Shown: positions 1-15,883 of the stretch, one piece after another | Position numbering within the stretch: the stretch's first letter is position 1 | How the letters are laid out: each line of letters begins with the position of its first letter | From: Lobosporangium transversale | Taxonomy: Eukaryota | Direction: 5' to 3' | DNA length: 64,000 nt | Assembly: GCF_002105155.1 (NCBI RefSeq) | Contig: NW_019028995.1 | Span: forward strand, 1-64,000 | Made by a program: the position numbers and the translations under genes | The notes under the pieces: generated by a model | What the model saw: only the letters and a program-made list of their open reading frames with translations | The model's database searches: none | Told to the model about the DNA's origin: nothing

Positions 1-720
1 CTCTTTCGCCTGGAATCGGCCTCAAGGAAGTCTTTGATGTCTCTAATGCTGTTCACCGTATGGAAGAAGAGTCACGTCGTCGCCACGCACCGCAATTCTC
101 AAATCTTCATCCTGTTGATGCCCTCAACACAACGAGCCGTCAGCGTCAGGCATTCATGTCCCAGTTGAAATGAGGAGGATGAAGAGGAGGAGCGGTCATC
201 ATATTCTGATACAACTGGCTCGATCTCGAGCGATGATGAGGCAGTCATTTCGAAATTGAATAACGCTCAGATCGATATTAATAATGTTCAAGAAGAATCG
301 AATGTCAAGGAAAGAGTGGATGAACAAAAAGCTCAAGAACTGAAATTGCTACTCCAACAACAACAGCAAGAATATCAGAAGGCACAAGGTGAAATTGCAG
401 CGGAACATCACCAAAAGTATTTGAAGCAACAGCAACAGGCAGGACACTCGATACCAGCTCAACAGCAACCACACGCCGTACGTGGCAATAACCAAGTTGG
501 GCCAAGTGGATCAAAACCGCATCCTACTATTAGTAACTCGACCTCAACTTCAACCGCAAGCTCGGCCTCGACGACATCGACAACCCGTCGCCGTCGAGCT
601 GGGTTTGAGTTAAATATCAACCATGCTACATTACTGAATCGTCGGGCGAAGCAGCAGCAACATCCTTCCATGATGCTGGATCAGCAACAGCAACAGGAAT
701 CTCCAGCCATGGCCATCTAG
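1..720 (+). CDS. 3' end of a Rck2/Srk1-like MAPK-activated CAMK-family protein kinase (5'-partial; apparent 1-nt frameshift at 168-170)
   Basis: Frame 3 from nt 3 reads LSPGIGLKEVFDVSNAVHRMEEE. Frame 1 from nt 169 reads NEEDEEEE...GFELNINHATLLNRRAK to TAG at 718-720. I recognise both motifs from C-terminal tails of fungal Rck2/Srk1 kinases. The kinase domain lies outside the window. Confidence 0.7.
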
Positions 721-1529
721 AGAACACAATATTACAATGTTTTCTATTACTATTGCTTCTTTTTTTTTATCCCATCTCCTTTTCTTTTTTTTTTTTTTGC
801 TCAGTGATTGTTGCTCATTCCTATTCCTGTATCAATAGTTGTAATTATTAACCTCAAAAAGAACTAGCAAACAAAAAAAAAAAAAAAAAAAAAAAATTGA
901 CGATAATGATGATGATGAACATTGGCCATCTGTGATCAATTATAGTCAAGATAGAGTGAACAACGTGGGAAAATACTATTTTTGCATCTATACTCGAGTT
1001 TAATCGATAATAAATCGTTGCTATATGTTTTTATTAATGAGCAACTATTGATATGGCATCAAAATTGAGTGGGCAGATGGATGGATGGGCGAATCAATTG
1101 TGTTCGACAGGTAGTTACTCAATAGTCAAGATCTCGGTCTAGCGTTGCTGTTATTCTAGAAAGGGCGCTTCCGAAGATAAAACATTTGTACATGTACACA
1201 GGTCCTTCAAGAACAAACTTTCAAAAGGCTTATAAATGCTTATTTTAGTTTCCATTTCTGTTTGTCTGTCGCCCTTTCTGATTCAATGAAAGTGGATGCG
1301 AAGGGAAAGAGGAGAAAATCCATAAGGGGTTTATGTGGGCCCTGCGGAAGGAAAAAACAAAACAATTGCTCACGAGCGCATATTTCTCCAGAGAACAGAC
1401 ACGACTCCACATCCATACCTATTTACTATTTAAACCTTTTTCTTTGCTTGCACTTGTCCATCACTTCTTTTCACTCCCTATTCCCTACTCTTGTTCGCTC
1501 TAATACCTCCTCCCTCCCCTTCTGTGCCC

Positions 1530-3018
1530 ATGACCTTGACTATTGTTCTTCAACAAGCACGCCGTGGTGTTGCAAAGGTATTCATTAAATTTTCTCCTTT
1601 AACGTTTGTTACATGTTTATTCCCACGGGTCAGATATCCACATTCTGTAACTTGTTTCGAAAAGTCTTTTCTTTTGGAAACAGAAAAGTAAGGGACAACA
1701 CGGCGTCTGTGGAAAACCCTCATCTTCCTCATCAACCTACATTGTCAACAACAGAGCACAATTGACACTGAAAATAACTCATTCAACATTGGCCCATGAA
1801 GATGTCGTTTTTTCCTACACTTCTCATATTCCTCATGTTACACCTTTCGTGCACCACGCTGACGTTTTTTTTTTTTATTTTTTTATTTTTTATTTTTTTT
1901 TTTATTGAGTTTAGAAGGTGACCATTACTGCCTTCACTACCACAATCGGCCGCCAATTCTCTATATTCCGCCCCGTCTATAAGCAGGCAGCTGCTGATGA
2001 TGAGCTGGTCGAGAACTTGAGCAAAGTTTATCCTTCAGCGGAGGAAGCTGTCAAGGATATCCCTTCAGGTTCGACTCTGATGGTTGGAGGATTCGGACTC
2101 TGCGGTATTCCAGAGAATTTGATCGCAGCATTGAAGAAGCGTGCTTCAGACTGTAAGGACTTGATTGTAGTTTCTAACAATGCTGGCGTGGATGATTTTG
2201 GATTGGGACAGCTCCTGCGTACCAAACAGGTATGAACTCGTATAAATATTTCAGCTACTACTTTTCCCCACAACAGTCTCGTAATGTGGAATGTGAAAAC
2301 GATGTAAATGTCTCTGTAAAGTGAAATAATCTAACAGCATATCTGTACTCCGTATTCTGTCTTGTTCAATCATATCTTCGTATAGATCAAACGCATGATC
2401 AGCAGTTATGTAGGCGAGAACAAGGAGTTTGAGCGCCAGTACCTCTCTGGAGAGCTCGAGGTTGAGTTGACTCCTCAGGGTACTCTAGCAGAGCGTGTTC
2501 GTGCTGGCGGTGCTGGTATCCCAGCTTTCTTCACTCCTACTGCTTATGGAACTGAAGGTATGCACACAAGGTCAATCATCACTTTAGGGTTTTAGATGTA
2601 TAGCGTTCTATCTTTGCTCGGTCGGGGCACTGCAGCATGAGAACACAATCTCTCTCTTTACCTTCACTTGACTGCACTGAGATTCATGAGAAATGATAAT
2701 GGCTTTATTCATCAGACTTGCTTCAATAACTCATCTATCTGTTCTCTTTATTCTAACTTACGGGATTGGGACTCTAATAGTTCAAACTGGTGAGCTCACA
2801 ATCAAGTATAGTCCGGATGGCAAGCCTTTGATCCGCAGCAAGCCTAGAGAAGTGCGCGAATTTAATGGCCGCAAGTATATTATGGAAGAGGCCATCGTTG
2901 GAGACTACTCATTGGTCAAAGCCTGGAAGGGTGATGCCTATGGAAACCTAATCTTTAAGGGATCTGCTATGAACTTCAATCCGGTCATGGCGAAGGGTTC
3001 CAAGAATTGCATTGCCGA

Positions 3019-3052
<34 letters not shown>

Positions 3053-3986
3053 GGTCAGAGTAGATGGTACAATATGAACTTTACGAAGGACGACGCAAGC
3101 TGAGCAAATTATAACAGATGAGAATGGCCTTTCCTGTTGGTTATCAAACTAGGTCGAGGAAATCGTTCCCGTTGGTTCTCTCAGACCCGAGGACATTCAC
3201 TTGCCTGGCATCTTCGTAAAGCGCATCATCCAGGGTAAGAACTATGAAAAGAGGATTGAACGTCTCACCTTGACTGAGGACAAACCTGTCGGCGTTACCA
3301 ATACCTCTCCTGTGGTTGATGAAAGGGATGAAGCTGCTCGTCGTCGTGAGAAGATCGTTCGCCGTGCCGCTAAGGAGTTCAAGAACGGCATGTATGTCAA
3401 CTTGGGTATTGGTATGCCCATGCTTGCGTCCAACTACCTCAAGAAGGGCGTTGCTGTCCACTTGCAAAGCGAGAACGGTATCCTTGGTTTTGGTCCCTTC
3501 CCCAAGCCTGGTGAACAGGATCCTGATCTGATCAACGCTGGAAAGGAAACTATCACACTTCTACCTGGCGCCTCACTCTTCTCAAGTGATGATTCGTTTG
3601 CAATGATTAGAGGATCACACGTAGATTTGACTATTTTGGGAGCATTGCAGGTGTCGGCCAAGGGTGATTTGGCCAACTGGATCATCCCCCGAAAGATGGT
3701 CAAAGGAATGGGAGGGGCCATGGATCTAGTCGCCAGTCCCGGTACCCGTGTTGTCGTGACGATGGAGCATCTGGCAAAGGGCGGCAAGCATAAGATCCTA
3801 GAAGAATGTACATTACCTCTGACTGGCGTTGGTTGTGTTGATAGAATTATCACAGACCTGTGTGTGTTTGATGTCAAGGATGGCAACCTTGTATTGACCG
3901 AGTTGATGGCGGATGTTTCATTGGACGATGTGAAGCGTGGAACAGGTGCCAAATTTACGATCTCCCCCGACCTCATCCAGAACTAG
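1530..3986 (+). CDS. Mitochondrial succinyl-CoA:3-ketoacid CoA transferase (SCOT/OXCT), 5 exons
   Basis: Motifs [57 protein letters not shown]. Exons approx. 1530-1577, 1918-2229, 2386-2557, 2781-3019, 3153-3986 with GT-AG introns. Confidence 0.95.
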
Positions 3987-4183
3987 ACAAATAGCATCCC
4001 ACTCTCCTTTTGTAAAAAAATATAAACACAATTTATTATTATTCCAGGCTTGTAAGATGTTGAGACAACAGGATGAATTCTCCTGACCAATCAGGCCGTG
4101 CTGAGGACTATAAGGAAAAGAAAGGAAAAAAGGCTGTGCACTAAAAGAAAATAAGGCAAGCGTGCATCAAGGGGGAGCGCAAC

Positions 4184-4284
4184 AGAACATAATGGAAACT
4201 TGATGGAACACAATCGAAAACAACAGAAAAAAGAATGTAGAATTTTGTGGACAGAGAGACCAATGTTTTAGAAGGAGATCGAAA
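4184..4284 (+). promoter_or_regulatory. Candidate step-type heat-shock elements upstream of HSP90
   Basis: GAA trinucleotides at 10-bp spacing (4185/4195; 4206/4216/4226; 4271/4281), the spacing of step-type Hsf1 sites, ~250-350 bp upstream of the HSP90 ATG. The background is A-rich, so chance occurrence is possible. Confidence 0.4.
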
Positions 4285-4529
4285 AAAAAGTGTCTTCGCC
4301 CACTCATAAATTCTGACACTTCAACTGCTGGGAATAGATAAATAGCTTTTCTTCACTTCTCTTTTTTCATCACTTTTCTTTCCTTTCTTTTCCCTACCTT
4401 TTCTCGCAGACAGACTGCATTACACCCCACTCATCTCTCACGCTCTCATTCCACTTTGAAAGTGAAAAGGAATCATTTCTGCTCAATTCACACCCATAAA
4501 CAACACAGTCAACTTTCATATATATAACC

Positions 4530-6743
4530 ATGTCGACCGAAACATTTTCATTCCAGGTAGGACACCCACCTCCTTATTTACCATTGGCCTCAAGCCCTTG
4601 AGTGCTCGATAACAGTAAAAAGCAATGATGTGATTATTGATCCAGACCATTACTTTTCGCTTGTTAAATTATATAGGCTGAGATCTCTCAGTTGATGAGC
4701 CTGATCATCAACACTTTCTACTCGAACAAGGAGGTCTTTCTGCGTGAGCTGGTCTCGAACGCATCCGATGCCCTCGATAAGATCCGCTATGAAGCCTTGA
4801 CTGACCCTTCCAAGCTTGATTCAGAGAAGGAGCTTTTCATTCGCATCACTCCTGACAAGGAGAACAAGATCCTCTCGATCCGCGATACTGGTATTGGTAT
4901 GACCAAGGCTGATCTCGTCAACAACCTTGGTACTATCGCCAAGTCTGGTACTAAGGCTTTCATGGAGGCCCTTAGCAGTGGTGCCGATATCTCCATGATT
5001 GGTCAGTTCGGTGTCGGTTTCTACTCAGCCTACTTGGTGGCTGAGAAGGTCCAGGTCATCTCGAAGCATAATGATGACGAGCAATACATTTGGGAGTCGG
5101 CTGCCGGCGGTTCCTTCACCATCACCCGTGACACTGTCAATCCTCCTCTTGGTCGCGGTACAGAGATGCGTCTCTTCATGAAGGAGGATCAGCTCGAGTA
5201 CCTCGAGGAGAAGAGGATTAAAGAGATTATCAAGAAACACTCCGAGTTTATCGGATATCCAATTCAACTTGCTGTTGAGAAGGAAACCGAGAAGGAGGTT
5301 GAGGACGATGAAGAAGAGGAGGTCAAGGAGAGCGATTCTAAAATCGAGGAGATTGAAGACGAAGATGAGAAGAAGGAAAAGAAGAAGAAGACTATCAAGG
5401 AGAAGAAGATTGAGAATGAGGAGCTCAACAAGACCAAACCCCTCTGGACCCGCAATCCCGAGGATATCACCAACGAGGAGTATGCCACCTTCTACAAGTC
5501 ATTAACAAATGACTGGGCCGATCATATGGCTGTCAAGCACTTTGCCATTGAAGGTCAGCTCGAGTTCCGTGCCATTTTGTTCGTCCCCAGCCGTGCTCCT
5601 TTTGACATGTTCGAGACCAAGAAGAAGCGCAACAACATTAAGCTGTACGTCCGCCGTGTCTTCATTATGGATGATTGCGAGGACCTTATCCCTGAGTGGC
5701 TGAACTTTATTAAGGGTATCGTGGACTCTGAGGATCTGCCCCTGAATATTTCCCGTGAGATGCTTCAGCAGAACAAGATTCTCAAGGTCATCCGCAAGAA
5801 TCTTGTTAAGAAATGTCTCGAGATGTTTGCTGAGATTGCTGAGGATAAGGAGCAGTTTGCTAAATTCTACGAAGCCTTCTCTAAGAACATCAAGTTGGGC
5901 ATCCATGAGGACTCTCAGAACCGTGCTAAGCTCGCTGATTTGCTCCGTTATCACTCCACAAAGTCGAGCGACGAGATGACATCACTCAAGGACTATGTCA
6001 CTCGCATGCCCGAGAAGCAGAAGAATATTTACTACATCACTGGTGAGTCTCGCACTGCTGTTGAGAACTCACCTTTCATTGAGGTCTTGAAAAAGAAAGG
6101 CTTTGAGGTCCTCTTCATGGTCGACCCTATTGATGAGTACGCTGTAACCCAACTTAAGGAATACGATGGCAAGAAGCTGGTTTCTGTCACTAAGGAAGGA
6201 CTTGAGCTTGAGGAGGATGAGGAGGAGAAGAAGGCTCGCGAAGCCGAAGAGAAGTCGTACGAAGGTCTCTGCACACAAATCAAGGAGATCTTGGGTGACA
6301 GAGTTGAGAAGGTCTTGATTTCCAACCGCATCTCTGAATCACCTTGCGTTCTCGTCACTGGTGCTTTCGGTTGGTCCTCAAACATGGAGCGTATCATGAA
6401 GGCCCAAGCTCTCCGTGACTCCTCTATGTCTTCCTATATGGCTTCCAAGAAGTCTTTGGAGCTGAATCCCAAGAATTCGATTATTAAGACTCTTAAGGCC
6501 AAAGTCGATGCCGACAAGAATGACAAGACCGTCAAGGATTTAACCTTGTTGATGTACGATGTTGCCCTCATTGTTTCTGGCTTCAGTATCGATAAGACTG
6601 ATGTCTTTGCAGACAGAATCAACCGAATGATCAAGCTGGGCTTGGCTATTGATGATGATGAGGAAGAGGCTTCTACTGCAGATATGCCAGCTCTTGAGTC
6701 TCAAGATGTTGTAGAGGCTTCCGAGATGGAGGAGGTTGATTAA
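4530..6743 (+). CDS. HSP90: Cytosolic Hsp90 chaperone, 2 exons
   Basis: Exon 1 4530-4556 (MSTETFSFQ), intron 4557-4676, exon 2 [19 protein letters not shown]...[10 protein letters not shown]...; C-terminal MEEVD. Confidence 0.99.
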
Positions 6744-7357
6744 ACAGCGGCCTATTAGAATTTTAATCATTAGTTTCATGTTCATAGTATCATTGCATGG
6801 CGGTTGTAATTAGTTCTTTATTTTTTTTCCTATTCGCCAAAATAAATGCAGTCTGATCATCTCTATTACTGTATATTTGCATTTGTATATATATATGTAT
6901 ATTTGGTGACAGGCTTCGGGGATTGAAATACAAATGAAAATCAACATCCAGCCATAGGGACAACTCTACATGAACGTGTGTCATTTTGCTAGCTTTGCTT
7001 TTTCTGATCCTTCAGCTTTCAGCAGCTTTCCAAGATGTAATGGAGAAAACCTTGTCTAAAGGACAAGAAATGTGACATTAGTACATGTAAAATGAAATTG
7101 TATCTGCATCCCATTTCATCGTAAAAGAGGAGATATGCTTCGCCTTTAGAAGAGCCCTTTCGATCCAAGCTATTTCACGGATCAGCATTAAGTTGGTTTG
7201 TTGGAGCATGATCATTGGTGACTTTCTTTTTTTACTTGAGCGAAAATTGTCCCCCAGATCGCAGTATTGCCATTGGATGCTTTATTTTTTTTTTATTTTC
7301 TTTCAAGGTTGGATACGTGTAACATTCTGGAGGCTTTCTTTGCAGTGATAAATTGCA

Positions 7358-7393
7358 TGTTGACACGTCAACAGTGCTATGTAGTAGCCAATC
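7358..7393 (+). promoter_or_regulatory. Candidate unfolded-protein-response element plus CCAAT box upstream of BiP
   Basis: TGTTGAC-AC-GTCAACA (7-bp perfect inverted arms, 7358-7373). Its minus strand contains TGACGTG, the XBP1/Hac1-type bZIP core. CCAAT at 7389-7393, ~320 bp upstream of the BiP ATG. Confidence 0.55.
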
Positions 7394-7689
7394 AGGTGTT
7401 GCCATATCAGGTCTCCCTGTTTCTTGAATTTATTTCTGTATTGGACTGTGTTCTATGGCCTTCTGTGTCCCAGAGCACGTACAAAAAAGCTTAAACGCGC
7501 TTTGTTTGCTGGCAAAGCCTGGCTTTCTTCCTTCTCTGGTTACAACAAACCAGCCTATATATATTCTCCCTTCTCTCTCTTTTTCTTTCTTTCTTTTTTT
7601 TTTTTCCTCATCATCAGTCTCCACCACTTCTGTTCTTTCCCTCCTTTCTTCACCTCATCTTCCATCCTCATCTCTTACGACTCCAACTC

Positions 7690-10071
7690 ATGTCAAAGTT
7701 CATCAAGAGCGTTCTCGCTCTGGTCACTGTGGCATTGGTCTGCATGGTCGCTATTACGACCGTCAAAGCCGATGCTGACGAGACCCGCGAGTCCTATGGC
7801 ACTGTCATTGGTATCGGTAAGTCAATATACTATCTCTCACACACTTTTACCCGTGTGATCATGCAAAAAAAGTCTGTACAAAGCTGTCTTGAACAGATCC
7901 AGCGTGTATTATAAAGAAAGAAAAATGAAGGCGATCAACTACCGCAATAATATCGAGGACAGATTCGTGGAGAAGCCCTTCTCATAGGAGCAGTAGCAGC
8001 AAGATCAGTTACATATTTTTCCCTTTTTTACTATGATCTGATACTCAGTGGCTATGGAGTGGGTTAAAGAGCGCAGAGCAACTATTCTGCAAATGCCTCG
8101 ATTGCGTTCATTTTCAATCTCCCCCTTCCTTGAATCGAAAATTCATCACTAACAACCGCCTCTCTTGTTTTTGCCTGTCGCTTGTTTTTTATAATTAACC
8201 AAATAGATCTTGGAACCACCTACTCCTGTGTCGGCGTCTACAAGAATGGACGCGTTGAAATTATCGCCAATGATCAAGGTCATCGTATCACTCCCTCCTA
8301 TGTCGCATTCACTGAGGACGAGCGTCTTGTCGGAGATGCCGCCAAGAATCAGTACGCTGCCAACCCCACCAACACAATTTTTGATGCCAAACGTCTGATT
8401 GGTCGCCGTTTCGATGATAAGGATGTCCAGAATGATATTAAGCACTTCCCATTCAAAGTCAAGAGCAAAGGTGGCGCTCCTGTCATCCAGGTCGAGGTCA
8501 AAGGAGAGCCAAAGACCTTCACGCCTGAGGAGATTTCCGCTATGGTTTTGGGCAAGATGAAGGAGATTGCCGAAGCCTTCCTTTCCAAGAAGGTTACCCA
8601 CGCCGTCGTCACTGTCCCCGCCTACTTCAACGACGCTCAGCGTCAGGCTACTAAGGATGCCGGTGCTATTGCTGGCTTGAACGTCCTCCGTATTGTCAAC
8701 GAACCCACCGCCGCCGCAATCGCTTACGGTTTGGACAAGAAGGATGGTGAGCGCACTATTCTCGTCTATGATCTTGGTGGTGGTACTTTTGATGTCTCTC
8801 TTTTGTCGATCGACGACGGTGTCTTTGAAGTTCTCGCCACGTCTGGTGACACTCACTTGGGAGGAGAGGATTTCGACCAGCGTGTTATTGATCACTTTGT
8901 CAAGCAATACAAGAAGAAGAACGGCAAGGATATCACCAAGGATCTCAAGACCATGGGCAAGCTCAAGCGTGAGGTTGAGAAGGCCAAGCGCACTCTTTCT
9001 TCCCAGATGTCTGTCCGTATTGAGATTGATTCTTTCCATGAAGGTAATGACTTTTCCGAGACCTTGACCCGCGCCAAGTTTGAGGAGCTCAACATGGATT
9101 TGTTCAAGAACACAATCAAGCCTGTCGAGCAAGTCCTCAAGGATGCCGGCCTCGAAAAGAGCGATATTCATGACATTGTCCTCGTTGGTGGTTCTACTCG
9201 TATCCCCAAGGTCATCTCTCTTATTGAGGACTTCTTTGGTGGTAAGAAGGCATCCAAGGGTATTAATCCTGATGAAGCTGTCGCTTATGGTGCCGCTGTT
9301 CAGGGTGGTGTCCTCTCTGGTGAGTCTGCCGCTGATTCCGTCCTTCTTTTGGATGTCAACCCGTTGACCCTCGGAATTGAAACCACTGGAGGTGTTATGA
9401 CCAAGCTTATTCCCCGCAACACTGGTATCCCTACCAAGAAGTCTCAAATTTTCTCTACCGCCGCCGACAATCAGCAGACTGTTTTGATTCAGGTCTTTGA
9501 GGGAGAGCGTGGTATGACTAAGGACAATAACCAGCTCGGCAAGTTTGAGCTGACCAACATTCCCCCAGCTCCTCGTGGTGTTCCTCAGATCGAGGTCACT
9601 TTTGAGATTGATGCCAACGGTATCTTGCGTGTCTCTGCCTCTGACAAGGGCACTGGCAAGACTGAGAGCATCACCATCACTAACGACAAGGGCCGCCTTT
9701 CTGACGAGGAAATTGAACGCATGATCAAGGAGGCTGAGCAGTTTGCCAGCGAGGATCAGGCAATCAAGGAACGTGTTGAAGCCAAGAACGTTCTCGAGAA
9801 CTACCTTTACTCTGTCAAGAACCAGGTCACTGATGACTCTCAGTTGGGAGCTAAGATTGACGCTGATGATAAGAAGACCATCTTGGATGCCATTGCCACC
9901 AAGATCTCGTGGCTTGAGTCCGAGGGTGCCTCTGCCACTAAGGAGGAGCTTGATGAGAAGAAGGAGGAGATTGAGGCCATTGTTAACCCCATCACCTCTA
10001 AGCTCTACGGCTCCTCCGGCGGCTCCGGCACTCCTCCTAGTGAGGAGATGCCTTCGCACGACGAGCTTTAA
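7690..10071 (+). CDS. KAR2: ER Hsp70 chaperone BiP, 2 exons
   Basis: Signal peptide exon 7690-7816, exon 2 8207-10071. GIDLGTTYS is split by the intron; DLGGGTFD present; C-terminal HDEL. Confidence 0.99.
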
Positions 10072-10854
10072 AAAAAATGCATTCTCTCCCCTCGGGCAGA
10101 TTCTTTTTTCTTTATCGTAAAATAATATTTTTGCCAGCTCATTCTTTTTTTTTTCTGCTTGTACAGTAATCAAATCCCCAATAAAGTAAAGAAAAAAAAT
10201 CTTTTTGAAATAAACCATAGCCTTGAAACTACATGAAAAAGCCTAAGTCCACTTCCAGATCGACAGAACATTATAAATACATAAATACATTCATGTATAT
10301 ATATGTTTTTACTACATTTCTCTTACTGGAATCTGTTTCTGAACTAGAGGAGACTTTACAGGTACCTCTGTTCTGGTTGTTTTCTCCTTCGGTCACAGGC
10401 ATCATGATGGCCCTCCCTGCTGTCCATAGACTAGCCAGCCATGACTGATCTCACGTCTTGCGGGTTGGTATGAAAATGATCATAATCAAGTATAGATTTA
10501 CAAGTATACAAAACAAAATTCCCCTGTTTGCCGCGGGATCAGTAATCAAGCCAAACTGCTTATCTTGAATACGATTTAACGTGTTTGCTATTGGAGAAAG
10601 CGTAGTTTAATTATGTCTCATTAATGCATTTTCCTTTCTGTAAATGCTTGCATTTGAGCATTGAGCCAAAGAGCAGGTCTGCATTCTACCCACATGGTGC
10701 ATCTTTCTTTCTTTCTTCTTTTTTTTTTTTGCATCCCTTTTCCATTCTTTTTTTTTTTAATCTTCTCTTCCATCGTCTTGAATTACAAAACTCGCCTACA
10801 ACTTTCACATTTCCACATCTCCATACACACATATCTCAGTACTTGAAACAAAAC

Positions 10855-13064
10855 ATGGCACCAGTCCAGATCGGAACCGGTATCGGCATTGCCAACCTCC
10901 CCAACCAACGTCATAAAATTGTCGCCAAGAATGGTGCCAGCTTCACCTTGATGGTTTGCGGTACATGTCAAGATAACAATGATAAAACTTGTTTGCTGTT
11001 ATCAAGGGCGGTGACTATGATATACATCAGTTCTCTAATAAGCTGTTGTGGCCTTCTAATCTGATTCTTAGGAGAGTCTGGTCTTGGTAAAACTACTTTT
11101 ATCAATACTCTTTTCACCACCACAATTAAAACTCCCAAGACCTATAAGCGTCGTTTCAACAAGTCGACTGAAAAGACTGTCGAGATTGAGATCATTCGTG
11201 CTGGTAAATAGTCTTTTTTTTTTTCTTTTTTTTTTTTTGCTTGAAATTTGAGTTTGACTTCAGGATCAAAAGCATCGACGGGGGCATTGCAAAACACAGG
11301 ACACAGCTCGACTTTAATTGGCATCAGTCGGGTTTGATACTCTTCCCCTCCAAAGAAAAAAAAAGGCTCCTCTCCTCTTACTACAGTATACGTTGACGCG
11401 TTCCTGTGGACCTTGTTTTTTTGCTTTTGGATTTTTATTCTTTTTTAGTTTCTTGAAGAGCATTTTTTATTAGTCCTTTTTTACTTGGTGCACCTGTTCA
11501 AATTTGTTAAATCCTCTATTTTTATATTTCAGTGATGGCTCACAAAGAGGAAAAAAAAAATCTCTTGTTGGTTGTCACTGGCTCTACTCAAATCTACTAC
11601 TGCAAAAACGGCACTGGCTGACAAAGTAGAGCAAAAAGACAATATGCACTAGAAGATGTTTGGAGCCAATAATCCATTATCGTGCTTCCTATAATGATAA
11701 TAAGCAACAACAATAACAAAAATAGGCAAGTAATACTCATGACATTTGCATTTTCTACTGTTATATTAGAGCTGGAAGAGAAGCAGTTCAATGTCAAATT
11801 GTCTGTAATCGACACTCCAGGATTTGGAGACTATACCAACAATCGTGATAGCTGGATGCCTATTGTAGATTTTATTGATGATCAACACGAGTCATACATG
11901 CGCCAGGAACAGCAGCCCAAGCGTCATGAGCTGAGCGACATGCGTGTTCATTGCTGTCTATACTTCATTCGACCCACCGGACATACCTTGAAACCTTTAG
12001 ACATTGAAATAATGAAGCGTCTGGGAACACGTGTCAATCTCATCCCTGTCATTGCCAAAGCCGATACCTTGACACCTACTGACTTGCACAAGTTCAAGAA
12101 ACGGGTACGATATTGTGTTCTTTCTAGATGATATACCTTTGTTCAGTTTAGAACTGAGAGTATTTACTAGACACTGTTAATGTCTTTCTTATCATTTAGA
12201 TCTTGGAGGTCATCGCTGCTCAAAACATTTCTTGCTACACCTTCCCTCTCGAGAGCGATGATGAGGCCAGCACCAAGCGCAACATGAGCATTATGGTATT
12301 TAGGAGTTGAGCTCAACGTGAACCACTTATATTACAGTGAAAAAAAATAGTTGTATTGCTGACTAACCTCAGAATATGTCCTGTCGTTTTGTAGGCTGCT
12401 CTGCCTTTTTCCATCATTGGTAGTACTGAAGACGTTGTCACTATGGATGGTCGTACTGTAAAGGGTCGTCAGTACTCTTGGGGAGTTGCAGAAGGTATGA
12501 TTTATGGATATACCAGGGGGAAGGCAGATTGTCTCGCATATTTTCTGATCCTAATATCATACCTTTAATATTCCTTCACTCAATAGTCGAGAATGAGGAC
12601 CACTGCGATTTTAAAAAGTTGCGACAGCTACTTATCCGTACTAACATGTTGGATCTAATTAGTTCGACCGAGGAGGTTCACTATGAGAATTATCGTAATA
12701 CTCAGATGGAAACTCGTAAAATTGGAGAGCCAAAGTATGATCATTATTTCTATTTTTTTTTTTTCTTTCTTTTTCATTATCTTTTGCTTGGATGAAGTGT
12801 CGAGAAAAAAGAAAAAGACTAATTTTTTTTTTTAGGGCCAAGACTGTGACCAATCCTAAGTGGAAAGAGGAGGAGGAGGCCCTCCGTAAGCGGTTCACAG
12901 AACAAGTCCGTCTGGAGGAAAATCGGTTCCGTTCGTGGGAACAACAGCTCATTGCTGAGCGTGACCGCCTCAACAAGGATTTAGAGGCCGAACACTCACA
13001 CATCAAAGCCCTGGAAGCTGAGTTGGAGGCAATGCAAGCTGGTCTTTCTCCTAAGCGCAAGTAG
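10855..13064 (+). CDS. CDC12: Septin, Cdc12/AspC class, multi-exon
   Basis: [30 protein letters not shown] (P-loop), DTPGFGD, AKAD, GRQYSWG, C-terminal coiled coil [24 protein letters not shown]. Confidence 0.92.
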
Positions 13065-13498
13065 ACAGGGAGAAATTGTTATATCCTTTTTGCCCCCGTT
13101 TCTTAATGATATCCGATCCGTATAATTTATAAACAAAGTATATTCTATTCACCATAATCATGCACTTCTAATAAAAGTTTTTTTTAGGCACCTGCAGCTC
13201 AAAAAAGAGCTCTAATTATAAAAAAAAAAAAGATGGACCAGTCCCTGAATGGTGCAACGTTTTTTCTTTTTTGTAGAAACATGTCTCTTAACCAAACAAA
13301 CAAACAAACAAACAAACAAGCATGTGGTTGACATGCAGTATCATCTTTTTTTCATCATCTGCTTCTGTTTTAGTTTCTTTGCTTAATTCTCTTACGAGAA
13401 GGGATGATAGAAGGATATAAAAATCTGTGTTGAACTTCAATTAGGCGTAGAAAAAGGAAAAGAAAAAAAGGAAAAGTACTTTAAAAGAATCTAGTGCT

Positions 13499-15883
<2,385 letters not shown>

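Noticed and set aside
8149..10218. 689-aa antisense ORF overlapping BiP
   Set aside because: Long antisense ORFs opposite Hsp70 genes are a known by-product of codon bias; there is no independent coding evidence here.
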